DNA from: Macrostomum lignano
Lineage: Eukaryota
Assembly (NCBI GenBank): GCA_002269645.1
Contig: NIVC01000247.1
Location: forward strand, 434,001-498,000
DNA: 64,000 nt
Reading direction: 5' to 3'
In this document: positions 12,604 to 25,950 of the stretch, piece after piece
How positions within the stretch are numbered: position 1 is the stretch's first letter
Layout of the letters: every line of letters starts with the position of its first letter
Notes under the pieces: model-generated
Told to the model about the DNA's origin: nothing
Seen by the model: the letters and a program-made list of their open reading frames with translations, nothing else
Database searches by the model: none
Position numbers and translations under genes: made by a program

Positions 12604-13161
12604 CAGAGGCGTCGATTTTATGGTGTGGGGGACAAAGCCAAGGATTCTGCATATTGTAAATGTACATGAAAAAATTCCTACATGTACATTAGTTTCAGAA
12701 TGGTGCTATTTTAGCGCCACAAGCACTCATTTTAGCGCCGCAGGCACTCATTTTAGCGCCGCTGCAGGCACTCATTTTAGCGCCACTGGCACTCATTTTA
12801 GCGCCGCAGGCACTCATTTTGGCGCCGCAGGCACTCATTTTAGCACCAAAGGCACTAATTTTAGCACCAAAGGTACTTATTTCAGCGCCGCAGGCACTCA
12901 TTTTGGCGCCGCAGGCACTCATTTTAGCGCCGCAGGCACTCATTTTGGCGCCGCAGGCACTCATTTTAGCGCCGCAGTCACTCATTTTTGCGCCGCTGGG
13001 CACTCATTTTAGCGCCGCAGGCACTCATTTTAGCGCCGTGGGCACTCATTTTAGCGCCGTGGGCACTCATTTTAGCGCTTCAGGCACTCATTTTAGCGCC
13101 GCAGGCACCATTTTAGCGCCAGAGGCGTCGCGTGCCCCCCCCCCCGGTAGCGACGCCCCTG
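12604..13161. mobile_element. hAT-type MITE carrying an internal 21-bp minisatellite (GCAGGCACTCATTTTAGCGCC)n
   Basis: TIRs CAGAGGCGTCG (12604) / CGACGCCCCTG (13151-13161). Flanks CCAGAGAG and CTAGAGAC match at 6 of 8 positions (degenerate 8-bp TSD). The internal array spans about 12708-13122. Confidence 0.65.
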
Positions 13162-13782
13162 CTAGAGACCAGCTTTATACTCTTTATACTCTATGAGAGC
13201 TTTATACTTTATACTCTTTATACTCTATGAGAGCTAGCATGCAAGTTGGACAGGTTAAACTTGCCATTTTTTGGTCACAGGGTTTTGTTAAAGACTGAGA
13301 GCTAGCATGCAAGTAGTTCAAGAATGCGACCTTGTGTTTCTATTCGATGTCAGAGTTTTGCGTGTTGTCTCTGGCCCAACCTATCTTTGGTCTGTAAGAT
13401 GTTAACTAATCGTCCATTATATATTTTCTCGCGATAGAGTTTTAAAACTAGCTGTAACCCTCAGTAAATTTGAGGCAATGGTTGAAAACGGGGTCAGGAT
13501 CAGCTGATCGAAATTCTGGACGAGAAAAATTTCTAGGATGGAACTCAGTTGCTCGCTAGTAATATTTTATCTTATTTTGCTACTCAAAGTCTTAAATTCA
13601 TGCCTGACGGTTTTGAGAAAGTGAGATAAACGAGAGCTTTAGGCAGGATTCGGGACAGTTAATATTTTTTTACTTAGTGCGTCTTTCGTTTGGCACGCGA
13701 ACAAGAATAGCGAGGCTGGGTAACACCTGCAGATGATGTTAGCAGAGGCTTCAGTAAAGCATGAATTTATGCCGAGGAATTA

Positions 13783-14272
13783 GCACACTCACTGAGGTAG
13801 TAGCACACTCACTGAGGTAGTAACACACTCACTGAGGAAGTGGCACACTCACTGAGGTAGTAGCACACTCACTGAGGAAGTAGCACACTCTCTGAGGAAG
13901 TAGCACACTCACTGAGGAAGTGGCACACTCACTGAGGTAGTAGCACACTCACTGAGGTAGTAGCACACTCACTGAGGAAGTGGCACACTCACTGAGGAAG
14001 TAGCACACTCTCTGAGGAAGTAGCAACACTCACTGAGGAAGTAGCAACACTCACTGAGGAAATAACGCGCTCATTGAGTAAGTTGCGCACTCAATGAGGG
14101 AGAAACACTTACTGAGGAAGTAGCACACTCTCTGAGGAAGTAGCAACACTCACTGAGGAAGTAGCAACACTCACTGAGGAAATAACGCGCTCATTGAGTA
14201 AGTTGCGCACTCAATGAGGGAGAAACACTTACTGAGGAAATAACACGCTCTGTATAAAGAGAACACTCACTG
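13783..14272. repeat. ~20-bp minisatellite (GTAGCACACTCACTGAGGAA)n with a duplicated 120-bp block
   Basis: Units visible directly; about 14000-14119 is repeated at 14120-14239. Confidence 0.92.
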
Positions 14273-15444
14273 AAACACAAGAGCAAGTATTAAGGCCCTC
14301 TCTGAAGAATAAGTGAGCAGCTAACACGCTAATTTCCCGACCGATCATGACTGATTTATGCATAGCACAAAGCGATGGCTCATTCTGATGCTGTAATTAT
14401 TCCTTATTTAAATGACAGCTGCCGTAGTTGCTCAAAGAAACCTTCGCTATCTCAGAGTATTCATGCCTAAAAATATTCTGTAAGAGTTGCATTGAAAAGC
14501 ACTTCGTTGCCAAATAACTACACGTTGTTGTGCTCAAAGCATCTCTACCCTACCCTACTCTACTGAGCCTCCGACATTATTGATTGGTTGATTTACAGAA
14601 CTAAGGAATTTAAATTTAACAGAAATAAGTTGGTTTCATTTTGGCATCCAGGATCCTAGTCACAAAAACCCGTACAATGGCCAACTCCAAAGACACTTAG
14701 TGTACATGTCTGGCGATTTGAAAGTCAAAACCTTTAAAAGTGCTCAGGGTTCAGTGGAACGGGCATGACAGCTCATTCAAAATAAAGCAAAACCTCGATA
14801 ATAATAAATCATCAATGAGGCTGATTAGTGCAGCGATTACTTACCGGCTAAACATTGCCACTGCACTCGGAGTTCGAACGGACTGTTGACTTGTATTGCT
14901 TCAGTGAATGAAGCTTTGCGTTTGTTTTCACTTGCTGTTTGGCTCAATTGAAAAAAAAATTGCCAAGCTTTCGAGTCACTATAAATACTAGCTATAAGGG
15001 TGCTCATTCGAGAGCAAGATACACGACCGAAGCTCCGAGCCCTTCTAGCCAAATACTCGTAAAACAGGAGATAAGAATTTGGGCGGAGGCCTGCGATAGG
15101 TTTTCCTGACTGGCCACTCTCCCCTTCTCTCCGTTCCTCCCTCCCTCCTTCCTCTCAACAACTTGCGCGCACCTGTGACCCAACGAGCACAGGTCGAGAG
15201 AACATTTCACCTGTCCTAATCTATCGAGACATTGAGAAAAAGTGAATTATTATCATGGTAGCTACTACTGATAAACGACTGTAAACGAGAAACAACGGAA
15301 TGTCTTGAATTTCGCCTTCGAAAATCGAAGCCTTGAGTTCTCATTTGCTTTGGCATCGAACTGACTTAACTCTGAAACCTGAAACTCACAAGCAACCATC
15401 ATGACTTTTCTGCAAATCATCTAGGATCTCAAATACACTAAGAC

Positions 15445-16495
15445 TGACACTAAAACAGACTGAAACTAAGACAGACTGACGCTAAGACACTGACACTACG
15501 ATGGACTGACACTACGATGGACTGACACCAAGGCACTCTGCCACTAAGACACACTGTCACTAAGACACACTGTCACTAAGACACACTGTCACTAAGACAC
15601 ACTGACAGGGGGCCGTAGCCCAGCGGTAGCGCAGCTGCTCTGGTGTGCCAGCGACCCAGGCTCGATTCCAAGTGCAGTTACATTAATTTGGGGCTGAATT
15701 GGAATCTCGGCTTGGCTCTGCTCGTGCAATTAACGGCCTTGAGAGCCAACCCCCTAAGGCGCAGTGAAATGTACATGCCTAACGATAATATTAAGTTAGG
15801 GCCGCTGTACACTCCTGTGTGAGTGTGTGTGCCTGCGTACGTATCCGCGCGCTTGTATGCCTGCTCAGGGGAGTCGGCGGAATGGGCAGTAATGCCTCTC
15901 GACGGTTGTGTGCCTATGTCGCTTAAAGTGCGCCAGGGTGCACACAACCCCCCTGCCTCTAATAAAAAAAGACACACTGACACTAAGACACACTGACACT
16001 AAGACATACTGACACTAAGACACGCTAACAATAAGACACAGACACTAAGACAGACTGACACTATGACACACTGACACTAAGACAGACTAACACTAAGACA
16101 CACTGACACTATGACACACTGACACTAAGACAGACTGACAATAGGACAGACTGACACTAAGACACACTGACACTAAACAAACTGACAAGAAGAGCACTGA
16201 CACTACGATGGACTGGCATTAAGACACACTGACATGACACTAACACATACTGACACTAAACAAACTGACACTAAGAACACTAACACTATGATGGACTGAC
16301 ACTAAGACAGACTGACACTAAGACACACTGACACTAAACAAACTGACACTAAGACACACTGACACTACGATGCACACTGACACTAAGGCACTGTCAGTGT
16401 GCATCTGTCTAGGGCACTGTCTAAGGCACTGTCAGTGTGCCTTAGACTGACACTAAGGCATACTGACACTAAGACAGAGTGACATTGCTAGCCTC
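15445..16495. repeat. Minisatellite (GACACTAAGACACACT)n interrupted by a SINE
   Basis: 16-bp-like units on both sides of the SINE at 15608-15970. Confidence 0.9.
15608..15970 (+). mobile_element. tRNA-derived SINE family A, copy 1 (~360 bp)
   Basis: Head GGGGGCCGTAGCCCAGCGG (A box) and GGCTCGATTCC (B-box-like). 3' stem GGTTGTGTGC/GCACACAACC and A-rich tail. TSD AAGACACACTGACA on both sides. A second copy lies at 34215-34567. Confidence 0.85.
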
Positions 16496-17516
16496 AGCGT
16501 TACTTGTACACAGTAATGGCAGCGGATCTGAAACCATGATCAGATTTAGCGTTTCGCCACCCTCAGACTTCCACTAACAGATCTACTGGACGACTTTTAG
16601 CCCTTTTAGTTCGACAGACGAAGCTCTCTGCACCAGCCAGTAAGCTTTCCACTGTTTCGGCTTAGGGAATCCGAAGCCCCTCAGGAAACCCGAGTGTCTT
16701 TTAGGAAAGTGAAAGCTTCTTCTGACTAATGAGAGAGCATGAAGCTGAGCTGCCTTCTCTCTTTCCTATGTCTTGACCGCGCACACAGCACTGACATCGG
16801 TTTCTTGCTTCAATTATTTCCCTCCGGCAAGATGCGAAGAAAATGAGTAAGTTGAACTTGCTCAACTGTGCTCTCCCACTCTCTTGCTTTGCGTCTGTTT
16901 TCGAGGCTCTGCCGTTTTTTCCCTTGAGCGAATTCGGCACGAACTGCTCAGCAAAGCAAATTTCGAATTGGTTGTCCTCGGGAAGTACACATACAACTTC
17001 ACAAGTCGGTTGTCAACCGATGCACATTAGTAATAAAGTCTAGTGTTCTTAGCCCTATCTTCCCTCTTTTAGTCCCATTTTTAAGCTATAAATAGAGTTT
17101 ATAGTTGAGTTGGCTAATTCAGTGCTTTCTATAATAGGTTCGTCTGCAAGTAGTGATATCTCAAAATGCAATGTTTTGTAACGAAAAAGGCTATTAGCAC
17201 TACTTTTGACTGAAAATCTCAGTAGAAAGTTGAAAGAATTTTGTCTTTCTGACGCTGTCTGAATTTCCCTATGAAGACATTGAATTCAAGTTAGAGATGT
17301 TTAGACTTGTTACACGGATCCATCGAGTGTAACAAATTGTCCAACAGCATACCTAGATGAAGTTACAGTATATTACCTGTAGGTGATCAAGATATGAACA
17401 CTTGGCATATTTACAATCTTCAACTTTGATCTTTCGTGTTTTGATATATAGCAAGACTTTCTTTACACCTGGAGCAGAATCAGGCTTGTGCGGAATAAGT
17501 TAGCTATCTAATAGTT

Positions 17517-19565
17517 ATGACTTTGCTAACAGAGTTGCACAGGTCTAGGCTGGCTCTACTGCTGCTGTGCTGCATCAGCGGTGCTCTGGGCCGAGATTTA
17601 ACCATCGGCGGCCGGGCCTACATCCAGTCAACCAGCCGATGGCTGCCCCTGTACCCGGTGCCCAGGCTGCCAAGTGTCAAAGAACCATCCGAGCCTCGTA
17701 ACATTCACCTGTCATTTGGCGACACAGAGCGCGACATTGTGGTCACCTGGAGCACGGTGTCGAAAGTCTCCTTGCCCCTAGCGCGATTCCGTGCCTGTTT
17801 AGCTCCACCTCATCAGCCGTGGCAGCTGGCCACTGCTCGATCTACGAAGTTCGTCGACGGCGGGCCTCTAAAATCGGCGCAATGGATTCACCGAGCCAAG
17901 CTGCTGAACCTGTCGTCAGGCGAGAGGTACAACTACAGCGTGAGCAGTGACGGCTCAGTCTGGTATCCAGTGATGGAATTCCGAGTGCCGAATGTCAGCC
18001 AAGCTCACCGCAGTTTCGCCGTGTTTGGCGATTTCGGCCTGGCCAATGCGCAGTCTTTGCCGCGACTACTCGATGACGTCACCAGGCAGCGGATGTACGA
18101 CGCAATTGTTCACGTCGGCGACTTTGCCTACGACATGCCGGACGAGAACGGGGCTGTTGGCGACCGGTTCATGCAGATGCTGCAGCCCATAGCCAGCCGG
18201 GTGCCGTACATGACCTGCGTTGGCAACCACGAGGAGAAGTACAATTTCTCCCACTACCGGAACCGGTTCAGCATGCCCGGGAGCAGCGAGAATTTCTTCT
18301 ACTCCGTCAACATAGGACCCGTGCATCTGGTGAGCCACTTCTTATACTCGTATAGGTAATCCAAGATTTATATAATCCAAATAGAACGAAATGCAAGCAA
18401 CACAAGCTATTTCAACTGAATCTAATCCAAACTGTAAACAATATCAAAACTGTGTGATATCAAAACTGTAAACAATATCCAAACTGTGTAATATCCAAAC
18501 TGTAAACAATATCAAAACGGTGTGATATCCAAACTGTAAACAATATCCAAACTGTGTAATATCTAAACTGTAAACAATATCAAAACTGTGTGATATCCAA
18601 ACTGTAAACAATATCCAAACTGTAAACAATATCCAAACTGTGTAATATCCAAACTGTAAACAATCTTCAAAGCTGTAAACAATATCCAAACTGTAAACAA
18701 TATCCAAACTGTAAACAATATCCAAACTGTAAACAATATCCAAACTGTAAACAATATCCAAACTGTAAACAATATCCAAACTGTAAACAATATCCAAACT
18801 GTAAACAATATCCAAACTGTAAACAATATCCAAACTGTAAACAATATCCAAACTGTAAACAATATCCAAACTGTAAACAATATCCAAACTGTAAACAATA
18901 TCCAAACTGTAAACAATATCCAAACTGTAAACAATATCCAAACTGTAAACAAAATCCTACAGGTGAGCATCAGCAACGAGTTTTACTTTTTCACCAACTA
19001 CGGCACCGCCCAGCTCGGCCGCCAATACCGCTGGCTGGACGCCGATCTGCGCAAGGCGAACCTCAACCGCACGGCGGCTCCTTGGATCGTGCTCATCGGC
19101 CACCGGCCGCTGTATTGCTCAAACAATGACAGTCGAGACTGCGACTGGGGTGCCCGAACTCTGCGCTCGGGATTCAACGGGCACCGCTTGGGTCTGGAGC
19201 CGCTGATGTACAAGTACGGAGTGGACTTGGCCTTCTGGGGCCACGAGCACTCGTACGAGCGCACATGGCCAGTGCACAACGGATCTGTTGTTGGCAAGAC
19301 AAGCGACACAAAGACCTACACGAATCCGCGGGCAACAGTTCACGTGATTACTGGGTCGGCTGGCAACAAGGAGAAGCACGCCTACTTTGTTGACAAGGCT
19401 CCGGAGTTTTCGGTGTTTCGCAGCACCGACTATGGCTATACGAGGGTGACATTCTTCAATGCCAGCCACGCCTTGTTGGAGCAGGTGAGCGACGATAAGC
19501 AGGGCCAAGTGATTGACAGCTTCACCGTAGTGCAGAAGAGGCACGGACCCTTCGGCTGGAACTGA
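17517..19565 (+). CDS. ACP7: Secreted purple acid phosphatase (ACP7/PAPL-like); join(17517..18329,18963..19565)
   Basis: Signal peptide (RLALLLLCCISGALG) and FN3-like N domain. Metal-ligand motifs GDFG, GDFAY, GNHE, GHRP and GHEH. Phase-0 intron CTG|gtgagc...ctacag|GTG gives GPVHL-VSISNEFYF. AATAAA at 19611. Confidence 0.92.
18425..18952. repeat. 18-bp minisatellite (ATCCAAACTGTAAACAAT)n in the phosphatase intron
   Basis: Near-perfect units ending just before the acceptor at 18962. Confidence 0.97.
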
Positions 19566-20861
19566 TCTGATCGATCCGTGATTGAACCCGCACTTGTTAA
19601 TTGCATCAATAATAAAAAACGATTCAACATTAATCTCAAAATCAAGAACTTTTTGAAGGCCTGAATTCAACTCTAATTGCTGGATTGACAACGATCGCTT
19701 CGTATAATCCCAATACAAAATGAAGCAATTCTCTCTATTTCAATCCTATGCTCTATTGATTTTTAGATAGAACTTGATAATTGCACTAATAGATCAGAAA
19801 TTTTTACAGAATCTATAGATGCCTGTCTCGCTCTGAGATTGTTTTATCCGAAGTGAATTTCACATGTATGTTCTTGATGGTTTCAATGTGAAAGAAAAGT
19901 TTATCAAATGCATAGAAGTTTTTTGATAATTAGTTAGTTAACGAACAATGAAAATAAGCAGATTTTTCACCTCTTGAAAGAGAAGCATTGCTGGAGGACA
20001 ATAACGCTACACAAAGAAAGACATGCGATATATAGTAAACTGCAACCACCCTGTATTTTGAGTCTAATTGTAACAATGGTAGCTCGTAGTTATAGTATGT
20101 GCAAATATAACTTCCAAATAACCCTTTGTGCTAAGAATTTAGGAGCGTATTTACATAAAATCATTAACAAATGGAAACCTTTTGAAACTTTTTTGTTTTA
20201 TTGAACCATTCTCGGTTGAATGCAATTATACGTTACTGTTGCGTATAAATCTGTGAATTTTCGGTATATTTGTGATCAATAGATAATGCCATTTCAAGCG
20301 AAGCAATTAATGCCTGTGAGGAATAGTACGTTGAAGCATTAATGAACAGTCATTGCGTAGTGAAACTCGGATTCCAAATTGCACTTTTGGATTTTCTGCG
20401 AATAATGACCATCAAAAACAGATAAATAGAAAGTTAGTTGCAGGTAGTAAAACAAGACGTTAAAAGCGTTTTCATTAAATCAAATCAAGTTAGTAATTTG
20501 AGGCATTCAATACGATAGCCGCTTCATTTCCTCAGCTGGGTTAGCCAGTATTCTTATAAAAGCAAAAGTGGTTCAAGGTAACGACTTTATTTCTCATTGG
20601 GTAAATTTCCTGAGTATTACCAGGCTTTTTAACATGCATGAATGTTTATCAACCGGTCAAGCTTCGCTAGAAGGTCAACTATCAAACAATTATGAAAATT
20701 TAACCGATACCAATATTCCGTTTTATAACGCTTTAATATCACGGTTTAAAAAAATGTCATTACTGAACGTTCTTTGATTTTATCGAATTCAAAATCTGTG
20801 GATTTTTTTGTTATATTAATTTGAAAATAAATACGAATTAACTAAAGGAAAAGCAAATTCG

Positions 20862-23800
20862 TCACCACAAATTGTAGCCGATCCAGTACACAACATTGAA
20901 CAGAACGAATGCCAGAGGGAACAGCTTCCTGGCCAGCTTGTCAATCACTCTGGCTCGTTGACGCATCTCCTCGCGTCGGATGTGCGCTTGTCGACGGCTG
21001 TACGCGCTGAATGGACCGCCTCTGACGCCTTCGCCATCGCTGTTGCCGCCGCCACCTCCAACGACGTGTCGTCGCATCGACATTGACATTGAATCGTGAG
21101 GATTTTCGTCCCAGAAATTTTCCTGCCGACGATATATTTAGGGATGCATTGGTGTCCGGTTTACTATTTAGGTAGTTCACTCTGTCTCTTTTTACTAGTT
21201 ATTTATAATCTACATTAAAATGTAAGCAATTTTTATGGAAATTTAGTAGCAAACAAGTTCGAAGAAAATCGGTTGAGCCATTTTCGCTAAAATCGATCAC
21301 ATACCCATATACCTACCGACAAACCATTTTTAGTATATGGACTTAATTTTTTTACTATACAAACAGATTCTATTAAAAAATTTTCAACAAAGTTCATTCA
21401 TTTAGTCAAAACTTGGGTGTTGTTCTTTAGAAAATTTGATGCTACATGTCACCTAACGACAATACACTGTGATTTCATTCTCGACCATAGTACATGTAGT
21501 AGAAAAAATCGTACAGTCTGGCGCACGTCGCTGATTGGCTGGTCAATTAGCGAGGGGAGCCAATCAGCGATGGGGAGGCCCCGGAGGCGGGGTGGGGCAG
21601 GCCGGAGGCGGGGTGTAGCAAGCCGGAGGCGGGGTGTGGCAGGCTGGAGGCGGGGTGTGGCAGGCCGGTGGCGGGGTGTGGAAGGCCGGAGGCAGGGTGG
21701 GGCAGGCCGGAGGCAGGGTGGGGCAGGCCGGAGGCAGGGTGGGGCAGGCCGGAGGCAGGGTGGGGCAGGCCGGAGGCAGGGTGGGGCAGGCCGGAGGCAG
21801 GGTGGGGCAGGCCGGTGGCGTGTGGCAGGCCGGAGGCAGGGTGGGGCAGGCCGGTGGCGGGGTGTGGCAGGCCGGAGGCAGGGTGGGGCAGGCCGGAGGC
21901 AGGGTGGGGCAGGCCGGAGGCAGGGTGGGGCAGGCCGGAGGCAGGGTGGGGCAGGCCGGAGGCAGGGTGGGGCAGGCCGGTGGCGTGTGGCAGGCCGGAG
22001 GCAGGGTGGGGCAGGCCGGTGGCGGGGTGTGGCAGGCCGGAGGCAGGGTGGGGCAGGCCGGTGGCGGGGTGTGGCAGGCCGGAGGCAGGGTGGGGCAGGC
22101 CGGTGGCGGGGTGTGGCAGGCAGGAGGCAGGGTGTGGCAGGCCGGAGGCAGGGTGTGGCAGGCCGGAGGCAGGGTGTGGCAGGCCGGTGGCGGGGTGTGG
22201 CAGGCCGGAGGCAGGGTGTGGCAGGCCGGAGGCAGGGTGTGGCAGGCCGGTGGCGGGCTGTGGCAGGCCGGAGGCAGGGTGTGGCAGGCCGGAGGCAGGG
22301 TGTGGCAGGCCGGAGGCAGGGTGTGGCAGGCCGGCCGGAACGTTGGAATATTGTTTGGCAAGTCAGTGCTAATCAGATATAAGTAATAAAAATTTGCGCG
22401 ATGTTGACTGCATGCAGCATTAGCAAGACAGCTCGTAAAATACAATTCGGCGGTGTAAACTTTAGGTTAATAATGTAAATATAGCTCGTCACACGGCTGT
22501 TTTAATTTGGCAATATTATTTTTTTCTGTAATCGAACTGAAAAAGCAATGCAGTTGTTACCGGTGCTTTCCGAACTCTGGCGGAACCAGACGATTTTATT
22601 GTTCTCGAAATTCGAGGTTTTATGGCCATGGATGTCAGGGCCTGCATATATGCGATGCGGTCCGTTTGCCGAAATATGAGGCTTAGTTTTCAACAAAGTG
22701 ATGCGAGTACTGAGAAATTTGAAAAGAAACAATAAGGATAATAATGGACCCTAAGCAAGTTTAGGCAAAGCCAAATTAACAGGAAAAATCCAGGAGAAAA
22801 AGGTTAGTTGAAAAAATATTTTCTGAATAAATGGAAAAAACTTCGAAGCAAAAAGGTGACCAGTGCAGCATTACCTGCTTAGATTCTGCACCGCGGGCAT
22901 ACTGCATGAATTGATTGTTTTGTTATTCTTTGAATGTCGTTAATTTACGACTTACATGATAACTTCGGGTATCAATACAGAAATATTGCTTAAATAGAAT
23001 CGCATTGGACTCACCTGAGCGCATATCAAATCCTCAAAGTCTTTAGCTGTCTCAGACAGAATACTTAAGCCCTGAGACTTTTTTCGAATTTCTTTTCGGC
23101 TGAACACGTTGACAACTGCGAATTCGAGCAGGGAGGCAAACACGAATAGCAAGCAGATGCTCATCCACACGTCCATAGCCTGCCGATCCGATTAAATGGG
23201 AATAGAATTGAAGTGTTTTTTACCGTGAACTTTATTTATAAATATCAATAGAATGCTTGTTCGAGGCCAGGGGACTACTCAAGTAGTAAGACGGGAAGAA
23301 ATACGTAATTTTTTGAAAAAGTTTAGGAAAGACAGGCTTTTCCGAATCAAAACCTTCTCTCTCCGTAATGTATTATTGTTGGTAACACCTGCCTCGTAAA
23401 ATTCTACATGAGTAGCCTTGGTTCGAGGCTGCTCATCAGACAAACCTTAATATAAGATACTCGTGGCAGGCTGGCTCTTGCTGTCGCGCTCTGAGTAGTC
23501 ATGGTGAGCACAGTAAGCAAACCGATGGTCACCCGGGCCGGTATGGCATCGATGGAGATCCAGAAAGCCACCCAGGACAAGATCACGATCAGTACGGATG
23601 GAACGTACAGCTGAATGAGGTAATAGCCAATGTTGCGCCTGAGTACAAACTCCACCTCTAGACATGGGTAATCGCCTGTGGAGAGTTAAGGACACAACTA
23701 TTGTCACAGTTTATGCTAGTGTTTAGAAACCTAAAGTTGCATTTGTTCAGAGCCCTACTACGCTGTAACTAAGCTAAAATCAAAGGAGAACTTCAAAGCA

Positions 23801-25706
23801 GTTACCAGTAGCGTAGGTTTGCTGACAGTTTTTCGTATTAGTTGCGTGCAGCTCAAACTGCGGCAGAATCAGTTGCTCATCCTTTTCAACTGGACCCGGC
23901 CGCCATTGGTAGACGTTCGCTTTGACGGTGTGACCGACTGCAGGAGCAAAGCGCGAGACTGTTGTGGATTGAAATCCTTGCCTAATGGTTGTTCATTTCT
24001 TGAGGATTTGCCAAATTTTTTTTAAAAACTATTCGTCAAATTTAATACTTATCAAATTTTAGTAGTGAGTAGTATGCTCAAATACTTTGTTGTTTTTCCA
24101 AGAACTTTTCAGCTATAAATAAGAAAATGAACTTTCCCAGAAGATACTCAAATATGTCTGAGTCTGCAGCCACTGAACCTCCCACCTCCCCCCCCCCCTT
24201 ACGCGATGCTCGCGATATCTCAAGTGTCACACACCGCAAGCTGCTTACACGACTCAAACTGGATGGGGCAGACCTGCGTGTCCAGGGGATACTTGTGCAG
24301 CTTCATCTGGCACGAGAGGGTGGCCGTGATTCTGCAATCGAAATTAGTTCAGTCCATTCGGGTTTTTGCGTTAAACGTGTGCATAAAACCGGTGCACAGA
24401 AAGTGAGCGCGGATGAGTCTGTTGATGGCGTGAAATTCAAGAATACGAAACTTCCGCGAGTGATGAAGTGAGAAAAACAAGGATGCAAAGCAAGGACGTG
24501 AGCAGCATCTGTCGTATTTTATTAAACGTGGCTCTACGCTCTCGCTCACGTCAACTGGGTGCCGTAGAGCCTTAGTCATGGAGGCGCCTGCTTGTTTACA
24601 GCAATCACGGGTTTATGGCCCCAGAGATACCAATACAATGACCCTGGCTTCAGTTTGGTCTCTGATCACGCAATTTTATTCACGTGTGGCATTGGCAGTG
24701 ATTAAAAAAGGTCAGGCCAAGGATGATTGTTCAGCTAAATTTGGGACCCATCGAATTCAACTGGATAGTATCATAAGCTACAGTTTGAAAATACAAAGCC
24801 CTTGGCCTTTTGAATGTATTTTGCATGGGTCATTGAGAATCCATGAGAGTTTAGATTTCGAAGTCAGTTGATATGAATAAACACTGCTGTATGAACAAAT
24901 TTGCACTAAAGTACACGTAGATAAACTCTTTCATTTTTACTTGGCAGCGTAGTAAACTGTGCCGTTCGGGTAGAGCCGCATGAGCCGATTTGGTAGGGTA
25001 ACCTCGTGAAATGTCGCCTTCTTCTCGTTTCTGAAATGTACACGAAAAGGGAATAAAATTGCCAACTTGACTCGGTGTTTTCTTAACTGTCTTAAGATGT
25101 GGAGCGCCTATAGATATGATATGATTTATATAACGCTCCTGGGAGCGTCTATATGTCTGGAGCGTCTATAGATTTGGAGCGTCTATAGATCTGGAGCGTC
25201 TATAGATCTGGAGCGTCTATAGATCTGAAGCGTCTATAGAATTAGAGCGTCTATAGATGTACGGCGTCTATGAACTGGAGCGTCTATAGAACTAGAGCGT
25301 CTATAGATTCAAAGTGTCTATAGATCTGGAGCGTCTATAGATATTGAGCGTCTATACAGTAGATGTAGGGCGTCTATAGATTTGGAGCGTCTATAGATCT
25401 GGAGCGTTTAAAGATCTGGAGCGTCTATGTCTACAGAAAGAATCACAATTGTGAAAGTAGCTGTAGCAGCATGTCGGAAAAGTGTATGCCAAACAAACCT
25501 GAAAAACACATCCGGAACCCAGATTTTATCCCAGGCTCGGTCCGGCAGCTTCATGAACTCCATGCCGCACATGTGACTGCGATTGAAGGCCAACCGGGGG
25601 TCCCACCACTGCTCCCGCATGTACAGGTTGATCTCGTAGTCCTGGGTGGTAGATGGTGTTGGCGCAATCATTTTTTTGCGGAAGTGAGCCTGTCTATCCG
25701 TCTTAG

Positions 25707-25739
<33 letters not shown>

Positions 25740-25866
25740 GTCTTAGTGTCTTAGTGTCTGTCTGTCTTAGTGTCTTAGTGTCTTAGTGTCTTAGTGTCTG
25801 TCTGTCTGTCTGTCTTAGTGTCTTAGTGTCTGTCTGTCTGTCTGTCTTAGTGTCTTAGTGTCTTAG

Positions 25867-25950
<84 letters not shown>

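Noticed and set aside
15608-15680. tRNA-like heads (also about 34495-34567, 38790-38850, 40420-40487) as tRNA genes
   Set aside because: No complete cloverleaf or acceptor stem; they continue into SINE bodies with tails (and TSDs in family A).
17307-17335. TTGTTACAC/GTGTAACAA hairpin upstream of the phosphatase
   Set aside because: Isolated 9-bp stem with no matching element boundaries or second copy.
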